Part shown: piece after piece, positions 37,168 to 43,997 of the stretch
Layout of the letters: the number at the start of each line of letters is the position of its first letter
Numbering within the stretch: position 1 is the stretch's first letter
NCBI GenBank assembly: GCA_964502485.1
Contig: CAZCXB010000001.1
Span: 1-43,997 of the forward strand
DNA length: 43,997 nucleotides
Direction: 5' to 3'
From: an uncultured Muribaculaceae bacterium
Lineage (GTDB): Bacteria > Bacteroidota > Bacteroidia > Bacteroidales > UBA932
Program-made: the position numbers and the translations under genes
Notes under the pieces: model-generated
What the model was told of the DNA's origin: nothing
The model's input: only the letters and a program-made list of their open reading frames with translations
Database searches by the model: none

Positions 37168-37205
37168 TAAATTTGGCTTTTGCTTAAAAGATTTTTGTAA
37201 ATTTG
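37168..37205 (+). promoter_or_regulatory. Two tandem -7 boxes upstream of parA
   Basis: TAAATTTG at 37168-37175 and 37198-37205. Confidence 0.55.
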
Positions 37206-37239
37206 CGTGATTGACCGGAATATTATTCTTTAACTTTAT

Positions 37240-38010
37240 ATGGGAAAAATTATAGCTATAGCCAACCAGAAAGGCGGAGTAGGTAAAACAACCACAGCCA
37301 TTAATCTATCTGCATCTCTGGCAGTGATGGAGAAGAGGGTTCTTCTGGTAGATGCCGACCCTCAGGCAAACTCTACTTCAGGTCTCAATTTTGATCCCGA
37401 CTCAACATCCAGACTCACTCTTTACGAGACTCTGATTGGTGACAAAAAGATTGACGAGATCCTACTTGACACCGAGATCTCGGGTCTCAAACTTGCTCCC
37501 TCGCACATCAATCTTGTGGGAGCTGAGATTGAGATGCTCAATATTCCTGAGAGAGAGGGTGTTCTTAAAAAAGCTCTTACACCGCTCAAAGATGAGTTTG
37601 ACTATATAATTATTGATTGCTCACCCTCACTTGGCATAATAACCATCAACTCTCTGACTGCTGCCGACTCTGTTCTGATACCTGTTCAATGTGAATACTT
37701 TGCTCTGGAGGGGCTTGGTAAGCTTTTAAATACAATTAAGCTTGTACAAAACAGACTCAATACAGCACTTAAAATTGAGGGGTTCCTTCTTACAATGTTT
37801 GATGGTAGGACACGACACTCCAACCTTGTTGTAGATGAGGTAAGGAGTCACTTTAATGAGATGGTTTTCAAAACAGTAATCCAGAGAAATGTACGCCTTA
37901 CCGAGGCTCCGTCTCATGGAAAACCTGTTATTCTGCATGATGCTCTCTCCGCCGGTACAAATAACTATCTCAATCTGGCAAAAGAGATCTTAAACAACAA
38001 CTCGCAATGA
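37240..38010 (+). CDS. parA: Chromosome partitioning ATPase ParA/Soj
   Basis: NQKGGVGKTTT, DADPQAN, IDCSPSLG, PVQCEYFALEG, EAPSHG. Confidence 0.96.
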   Translation: MGKIIAIANQKGGVGKTTTAINLSASLAVMEKRVLLVDADPQANSTSGLNFDPDSTSRLTLYETLIGDKKIDEILLDTEISGLKLAPSHINLVGAEIEMLNIPEREGVLKKALTPLKDEFDYIIIDCSPSLGIITINSLTAADSVLIPVQCEYFALEGLGKLLNTIKLVQNRLNTALKIEGFLLTMFDGRTRHSNLVVDEVRSHFNEMVFKTVIQRNVRLTEAPSHGKPVILHDALSAGTNNYLNLAKEILNNNSQ

Positions 38011-38915
38011 TGAAAAAATCTGCGTTGGGGAGGGGCCTCGGGGCTCTGATCTCCGACATTGACAACCTTAATCTCAACGGGTCAACCGTATCTTACACAG
38101 AGGCGACACCCGCATCTATATCAGAGATTCCTCTCGATCTGATTGAGGCAAACCCATTTCAGCCAAGGAGCTCTTTTGACGCCTCTCTGCTTGAGGAGTT
38201 GTCTGAGTCTATAAAGATACTTGGTCTTATTCAGCCGATTACAGTAAGGTTGTCCGAAAATGGAAAATATCAGATTATAAGCGGAGAGCGTCGTTTCCGG
38301 GCTGCACAGCTTGCAGGTCTCACTCAGATACCTGCATATATACGGAAAGCTGACGACCAGGGCATGCTTGAGATGGCAATTGTTGAGAATATCCAGCGTG
38401 AAAATCTTGACTCAATAGAGGTAGCTCTTAGTTTTCAGCGTCTTATAGAGGAGTGCAATCTTACTCAGGAGGAGATGGCAGAGAGGGTTGGAAAAAAGAG
38501 GGCAACTGTCACCAACTACCTTCGTCTGCTTAAACTGCCTGCAGAGATTCAGCTGGTTTTACGGGCCAAGAGAATAACAATGGGGCACGCCCGCGCACTT
38601 CTTGCAATTGAGAGTCCCGGGAAACAACTCAAGTTATGCAACACCATTATCGAGAAGGACCTCTCTGTCAGAGAGACAGAGCAGAGGATAAAAAAGATGC
38701 TCGAAGCACCCACTGTAAAGAGACAGCCAGATGAGATCAATCAGGATCTTGATGACTCTTACTTCCGTTTACTCGATTTCCTTGGAAAATATTTCAACAA
38801 CAACATAAGCCTCAAAAGGGACGAAAAAAACGGAACCGGTTCAATCACAATCCGGTTTAATGGAGATGAAGAGGTTACAAACTTCATAAATGCAATAGAG
38901 AAAACAAATCTGTAA
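38007..38915 (+). CDS. parB: Chromosome partitioning protein ParB/Spo0J
   Basis: ALGRGLGAL, NPFQPR, ISGERRFRA, ENIQRENL, HTH, MGHARAL. Confidence 0.96.
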   Translation: MMKKSALGRGLGALISDIDNLNLNGSTVSYTEATPASISEIPLDLIEANPFQPRSSFDASLLEELSESIKILGLIQPITVRLSENGKYQIISGERRFRAAQLAGLTQIPAYIRKADDQGMLEMAIVENIQRENLDSIEVALSFQRLIEECNLTQEEMAERVGKKRATVTNYLRLLKLPAEIQLVLRAKRITMGHARALLAIESPGKQLKLCNTIIEKDLSVRETEQRIKKMLEAPTVKRQPDEINQDLDDSYFRLLDFLGKYFNNNISLKRDEKNGTGSITIRFNGDEEVTNFINAIEKTNL

Positions 38916-38922
38916 TCAGAAT

Positions 38923-39852
38923 ATGAAGCTTCGCCCCTTAATAACGCTTCTGCTGATATTTGTCTGCTACTTTGCGCAGGCACAGTTCCCCGGTCAGATG
39001 CAACAGATTGGCCCTCCGGGATCCAATCAGAATCAGAATCAAAATGCCGACGACTCAACTTTTACAGGCACAAGGCGTGAACCTTACTCTCTAAAGCGCT
39101 ATTTCAAAAGTCTTGCAGGCAAGGACAGTATGAATATAGCCCGTATGTGGGGAGGCTCTCTCCTTCTGCCTGGGAGCGCTCAGCTTTATAACAAACAGTA
39201 CTGGAAAATTCCTCTGGTATATGCCTCCACCGGAGGGCTACTCTTTGCCGGTTACAGATTTAATGTTGCCTGGCACAATACCGGAGATGAGAAGTATAAG
39301 AGTACACGGAATCTCTGCTACTTGGGAGCTGCTCTCTCTTACTGGGGATCTGTGATGGACGGTATTTCAAACTTCAAGTATCACAAAGATGTACTACCGG
39401 CAAGGGCCTCACTATACTCTGCAATGCTACCCGGACTTGGACAGTACTATAACGGAGATTACTGGAAAATTCCCATCATTTACGGAGGTTTTATAACAGT
39501 CGGTTATTTTATCTCTTCCAACAACCAACAATACCAGAGATATAAATACCTCTATTATGAGGCTTCCGATCCGGAATCCCCGCTTGCCGGCAGATACAAT
39601 GCTCAGACAATGAAATACTACAAAGATACGTATCGTCGTTTCCGGGACTACTCGGTACTTGCAGGAATCTTTGTATATGCGCTCAATATTATTGACGCAA
39701 ATGTATTTGCTCACCTTCAGGATTTTGACGTAAGTGAAGATCTATCTGCCTCTCTTTCGCCCGGTATAATAATGCCTCTTAATCCGGGATATGCTATTAA
39801 TCAAGCCCCGGTAGTGGGTTTTAATCTAAAATTAACTTTTAATCAACGATGA
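38923..39852 (+). CDS. DUF5683-like membrane protein with two tandem repeats
   Basis: Signal peptide; two PG.xQ.YN..YWKIP..Y motifs; NIIDANVFAHL. Confidence 0.8.
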   Translation: MKLRPLITLLLIFVCYFAQAQFPGQMQQIGPPGSNQNQNQNADDSTFTGTRREPYSLKRYFKSLAGKDSMNIARMWGGSLLLPGSAQLYNKQYWKIPLVYASTGGLLFAGYRFNVAWHNTGDEKYKSTRNLCYLGAALSYWGSVMDGISNFKYHKDVLPARASLYSAMLPGLGQYYNGDYWKIPIIYGGFITVGYFISSNNQQYQRYKYLYYEASDPESPLAGRYNAQTMKYYKDTYRRFRDYSVLAGIFVYALNIIDANVFAHLQDFDVSEDLSASLSPGIIMPLNPGYAINQAPVVGFNLKLTFNQR

Positions 39853-41465
39853 GAAGATTCACATTTGCTATATTTTTTACGATTTTATTTACAACAACAT
39901 ATCAGGAGAGTACTGCACAGATTTTTAAGAAAAGGGTATCAAAAGAGTCTCTAACTATTCAGATTGAGCAGCTTAAAAGAACGATAGACTCCCTTAAGAT
40001 GGAGATTGAACTTAGCTCCATACCTATGATTGATACAACAGACACCATCAATGACTCAATTAACCCGGGAGGGCTTAGTTTCTTTGACAGTGAAGACTTT
40101 ATGGATCCGGATCCCTCCTACTCAACTGATAGTCTATTGAGTGTTTGGTATCTTCAGAGAACCCTTACCTTAGATGATGGATCAATTATTGATCTTGAAG
40201 ATGATAATCTCACATCAGATATACCCGACTCTGTCTATATTCAAAGACTCAAAGCGATTAACTCATTCATCCCCCTTCCATATAACAATATTGTCAAGAA
40301 TCATATTATCTTCTATACTCAGAGGATACCTAACAAAATTGATGCAATCATCGGTTTATCAGGTTATTACATGCCTCAGTTTGAAGAGATTTTTGACCAG
40401 TACAACCTTCCCAAAGAGCTTAAAATAATGGCAATAATAGAGTCTGCTCTAAATCCGAGAGCTGTATCAAGGGCTAATGCAAAGGGTATGTGGCAGTTTA
40501 TGTACAGGACAGCTCTTCAGTATAATCTCAGAATTGACTCTTATGTTGACGAAAGACTTGACCCTATTGCATCCGGGCATGCCGCAGCAAAATATCTAAA
40601 GGACTCATACACTGTCTTCGGCGACTGGATGCTCGCTATAGCCTCATATAACTGTGGCATGGGTAATGTTAACAAGGCAATCCGAAGAGCGGGAGGGTCA
40701 AGGGACTTCTGGACTATATACCCATATCTGCCAAGGGAGACGCGAGGTTATGTTCCATCGTTCGTTGCTGCACTCTACACAATGAACTACTATAAAGAGC
40801 ACCGTATTACTCCGCGTTTCATTGCCATGCCTGCTCATATTGACACATTTATCATCAACAGACCTCTGCACTTTGGACAGATATCCGAGTTGCTGAATAT
40901 CCCAAAAGAGGAGATAAGTGACCACAACCCTCAGTATATAAATGAAGTAATCCCCGGAAACAACAGGGGAAATATACTTAGACTCCCCTTTAACTATACA
41001 TCTGCCTTTATAGATAATGAGAAAGATATTTATACTTACAAGGACTCTATCTTTTTCAACCCAATAATCTACAATCAAAGCAGAGCATCTGCTACTGCTT
41101 CGAAAAACTCTTTAACACATACAGTAAGATCGGGAGAGACTCTAAGTCATATCGCAACAAGATACAGGGTAAGAGTAGCAGATATTCAGGCCTGGAATGG
41201 TGTAAGGACAATGATAAGGCCAGGGCAGAGGCTTGTTATCTACACATCAAACCCTCCGTCAGTATCTCAGCGATCAACCTCTTCATCTGCACCCACTACC
41301 AAATCTGGAGGTTATATAATGTACACTGTAAAAAAGGGTGATACTTTGTGGGGAATTTCCCGGAAGTTTGACGGAGTAAGTCTGAGCGACATAATGGCTC
41401 TTAACGGTTTTACAAAAAACAGTAAGATTTTGCCCGGTAACAAGATAAGGATCAAACCGGCTTAA
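39849..41465 (+). CDS. mltD: Lytic transglycosylase with two LysM domains (MltD-like)
   Basis: IIESAL, AKGMWQFM, DERLDP, ASYNCG, LPRETRGYV; LysM motifs HTVRSGETL and YTVKKGDTLWGI. Confidence 0.9.
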   Translation: MRRFTFAIFFTILFTTTYQESTAQIFKKRVSKESLTIQIEQLKRTIDSLKMEIELSSIPMIDTTDTINDSINPGGLSFFDSEDFMDPDPSYSTDSLLSVWYLQRTLTLDDGSIIDLEDDNLTSDIPDSVYIQRLKAINSFIPLPYNNIVKNHIIFYTQRIPNKIDAIIGLSGYYMPQFEEIFDQYNLPKELKIMAIIESALNPRAVSRANAKGMWQFMYRTALQYNLRIDSYVDERLDPIASGHAAAKYLKDSYTVFGDWMLAIASYNCGMGNVNKAIRRAGGSRDFWTIYPYLPRETRGYVPSFVAALYTMNYYKEHRITPRFIAMPAHIDTFIINRPLHFGQISELLNIPKEEISDHNPQYINEVIPGNNRGNILRLPFNYTSAFIDNEKDIYTYKDSIFFNPIIYNQSRASATASKNSLTHTVRSGETLSHIATRYRVRVADIQAWNGVRTMIRPGQRLVIYTSNPPSVSQRSTSSSAPTTKSGGYIMYTVKKGDTLWGISRKFDGVSLSDIMALNGFTKNSKILPGNKIRIKPA

Positions 41466-41480
41466 AAATATCCGACTACT

Positions 41481-43421
41481 CTAAAACCTGTAACGGAGCT
41501 GAAGCTTGACTTCGCCTCTTGAGGGGCCATGGATCTCTTCCGGCCCCTCTCCCGTTTTATCCCGGTCAAAATAGGTAAAAGAGGATATTTTTAGCCATAA
41601 CTCCATATTAGCAATTAATTTAGCTTTTACATTAAGATAGTATCTCACACCCTTGCCGTAGAGAGTTGTAGTTCGGAACTGGTAGAGCATATCCCGCTCA
41701 TATGTGTAGATTCTGTTTGCCCACACAGGTGCAGAGAACCATGATAATCTGGCACTAAACTCGACCTTTGTGGATGATGAGCCTGTTAATATCTCTTGAT
41801 AAAGGTGATAACCAAATCTTCTTCCATTGTTTACCTCTGCAACGGTAAAATCTCCACGGATGTTGAGGGCAACCCTCCTATCTCTCCAAAGCCTCACCTC
41901 ACCCCTAAGGGCTGCTCTTCCACTCTGAAGATCTCCACGTATTTCAAACAGCTCTCTCTCTGTGCTGTAGACACCCCTTACCCCTAACCTGAAGTAGTTA
42001 CCTGAATACTCCGAATTTACAGATAAAGAGATCATCTCAGACCACTTATATCTGTAAGAGCTCTTAAATCCAAGCTCAGAATCCCCCTTTAAAGCAGGGA
42101 GATTACTTAAAGGTGCTGTAAAGTACTTATCACTATATCTGGTAGTTAATGCAAATTCACCTCTTCCCCCACCCCCTCTAATTAGGAGAGCGGCAAAAAA
42201 AGCGCAATATCCACTTCCGTTTATTGCAGCCTCTCCTGTAAAGAGACTCTTTCCGGAGATATATCTCCAATCTGCCGAAATGTTGAGTGAACCACGCTTG
42301 CCCCTATCGCGTTCAATTATGAGTGATGAGTCTCTTCCTGCATATGGTACCGATTTACTCTCGGTACAAATAGTAATACCAGTCTTAAACTTCATTAATG
42401 AAAGAGAGAGATTAACTGCCCCCATCTGACTTTTGAGAGCTCCTTTGCGCTCAAGGGTAAGAGGGGTGTTGTGCAGACCGGTCTTAAGCAGAGATGTATA
42501 GCCCTCCTCGGTAACCCTTGCATCAAGAGCTCTTCGTGAGAGCAATAGTGTGAGGGTAACAGCTCCATATATTGATGTAATTGCTGCACCTCTGAATGCA
42601 AGATTCTCATCTGTAGATCCGTATGGTGAGATTTCTCGCTCTCTGATTATTAGACGATAGGGCTCCCATGAGGTCATAGCCGGAAAAGAGTTGGAGAGAA
42701 CCAACCCCTGCCCGAATGATGCACCATAGGATCCTGCAACAATCCTGTCAATAAAGCGAGATCCTCTTATCATAATACTCCAAGATATATAGTCAGCACC
42801 TCTCTCGCCCGGGTCTTTCTCCATAGTAAAAATAAGATTTGCCATATCGGACACAGAGTAGCGGTACTGACCATAAAGCAGCAGCGGATTGCCAAGGTAA
42901 CGGCTACCCGGGTTCTTCTCATACTCCGCCCTTGATATTGGTGAGTACCCCTTTTTTGTCTGAATAGAGCGTGAGCCCCTTAGCAGAATCTGAGAGTTGC
43001 CGGGAAAGAGCTCCCTTAATGACTTAGAGGTATGTGAGATTGTCACAAATGGTTCCAAAAGAGATATCTTCTGATGAGACAACCCGGGAATCAGATATAA
43101 CTCAGATATAGATAGAATCTGACCATACTCCTCTCTGTAGTTGATAAAAGAGGCTATCTCAAATGGAGTAAATAGAAGGAGTCGCTCAAGAGAGCCCTTC
43201 CCTGCTCCATTTAAATTAATCGGGTTCAGTAACAACGTAGTCAGATAGTCTGTCAGCTCCGAATAGAGCTCCTCACTCTCAATTCCGGAAATATCTTCCT
43301 GACTGTAAAGATAATCCAGATAATGAGTAATCTTTGTATCTGCACCAACTCTCTCACTATTTTGACAAAAGAGTAAGTTGCCGTATAAAAACAGCAATAA
43401 AAACATAACCGCTCTCCACAT
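41481..43421 (-). CDS. Helix-hairpin-helix (ComEA-like) domain fused to predicted outer-membrane beta-barrel
   Basis: Signal peptide; PINLN...L..L...I.YREEYG..LS..EL..IPG; EKDPGE, FGQGLV, IYTYERD; C-terminal VKLQLRYRF. Start ATG 43421 or GTG 43430. Confidence 0.75.
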   Translation of the reverse strand: MWRAVMFLLLFLYGNLLFCQNSERVGADTKITHYLDYLYSQEDISGIESEELYSELTDYLTTLLLNPINLNGAGKGSLERLLLFTPFEIASFINYREEYGQILSISELYLIPGLSHQKISLLEPFVTISHTSKSLRELFPGNSQILLRGSRSIQTKKGYSPISRAEYEKNPGSRYLGNPLLLYGQYRYSVSDMANLIFTMEKDPGERGADYISWSIMIRGSRFIDRIVAGSYGASFGQGLVLSNSFPAMTSWEPYRLIIREREISPYGSTDENLAFRGAAITSIYGAVTLTLLLSRRALDARVTEEGYTSLLKTGLHNTPLTLERKGALKSQMGAVNLSLSLMKFKTGITICTESKSVPYAGRDSSLIIERDRGKRGSLNISADWRYISGKSLFTGEAAINGSGYCAFFAALLIRGGGGRGEFALTTRYSDKYFTAPLSNLPALKGDSELGFKSSYRYKWSEMISLSVNSEYSGNYFRLGVRGVYSTERELFEIRGDLQSGRAALRGEVRLWRDRRVALNIRGDFTVAEVNNGRRFGYHLYQEILTGSSSTKVEFSARLSWFSAPVWANRIYTYERDMLYQFRTTTLYGKGVRYYLNVKAKLIANMELWLKISSFTYFDRDKTGEGPEEIHGPSRGEVKLQLRYRF

Positions 43422-43488
43422 ATCTCCCACACATAAATGTTAATATTTAATCCGTCTCTCTCCTGCAGAACCAGGAAACCGACAAAGT

Positions 43489-43997
43489 TTAGTTCACTTT
43501 AAAAGGATACTTTACCTCTTCAAGCTCCTGGTTTGCTTTAAGTATCTTAGAGGCTAACTCCTCCTTGAATGCCTCCATCTTCTTCATAAGATTCTCGTCC
43601 GAAGTTGCAAGTATCTGGAATGCAAGAATCCCTGCATTTCTTGCTCCATCAAGAGCTACAGTAGCTACAGGTATTCCCGCCGGCATCTGGAGTATAGATA
43701 GAATTGAGTCCCATCCATCTATAGAGATTGAAGATCTTACAGGCACTCCAATTACAGGAAGAGTTGTAAAGGCTGCAATAACCCCAGGCAGATGAGCTGC
43801 ACCACCTGCTCCGGCAATGATTACCCTTATCCCTCTTCCATACGCCTCTTTAGCAAATTTTGCAACCTGATCCGGAACTCTGTGAGCCGAGAGTGCATTG
43901 ATTTCGAACGGAATCTCCATCTCGTTCAGGAATTGTGCTGCTTGCTTCATCACCGGCAGATCTGATGTGCTGCCCATTATTATACTAACTACTGGAT
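43489..43997 (-). CDS. purE: N5-CAIR mutase PurE (5' end runs off the window)
   Basis: PVVSIIMGSTSD, SAHR, IAGAGGAAHLPG, PVIGVP, QMPAGIPVATV. The frame stays open to the window edge. Confidence 0.96.
   Translation of the reverse strand, partial: PVVSIIMGSTSDLPVMKQAAQFLNEMEIPFEINALSAHRVPDQVAKFAKEAYGRGIRVIIAGAGGAAHLPGVIAAFTTLPVIGVPVRSSISIDGWDSILSILQMPAGIPVATVALDGARNAGILAFQILATSDENLMKKMEAFKEELASKILKANQELEEVKYPFKVN

Noticed and set aside
37147..39000. parS site or plasmid-type partition cassette
   Set aside because: I saw no TGTT(T/C)CACGTG(A/G)AACA palindrome by eye; parAB are chromosomal Soj/Spo0J type in a housekeeping context.
39025..39045. AATCAG tandem repeat (NQNQNQN)
   Set aside because: Only about three in-frame units in a low-complexity linker.
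1..43997. Frequent (GA)n/(CT)n runs as microsatellites; CRISPR, tRNA, IS or prophage elements
   Set aside because: The runs reflect AGA/GAG/CTC/TCT codon preference inside intact ORFs. I saw no repeat-spacer array, cloverleaf, transposase or integrase, and the intergenic spaces are mostly too short.

Overview
A gene-dense chromosomal window from a Bacteroidales bacterium. The assignment rests on repeated TAnnTTTG (-7) promoter boxes, AT-rich translation starts and gene content. Most of it is housekeeping: tsaB, greA, ribF, xseAB, engB, prs, nadE, der, rlmH, ppx, cmk, ispH, priA, parAB, an MltD-like lytic transglycosylase and purE. It also holds a five-gene glycogen cluster with a GT3 synthase-GT35 phosphorylase fusion, and an NtrY/NtrX-like two-component pair. 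The one accessory-looking segment is about 600-3450. There a C39-peptidase ABC transporter (PCAT) is followed by two overlapping, cysteine-free double-glycine-leader peptides, each with a GxxxG motif, directly upstream of a TolC + membrane-fusion-protein pair that has no inner-membrane partner. This is the best candidate for an undescribed system: a two-peptide (class IIb-like) bacteriocin or peptide-signal module with no obvious immunity or modification gene. I saw no rRNA, tRNA, CRISPR array, IS element or phage gene. All calls come from motif recognition by eye; no database searches were run.
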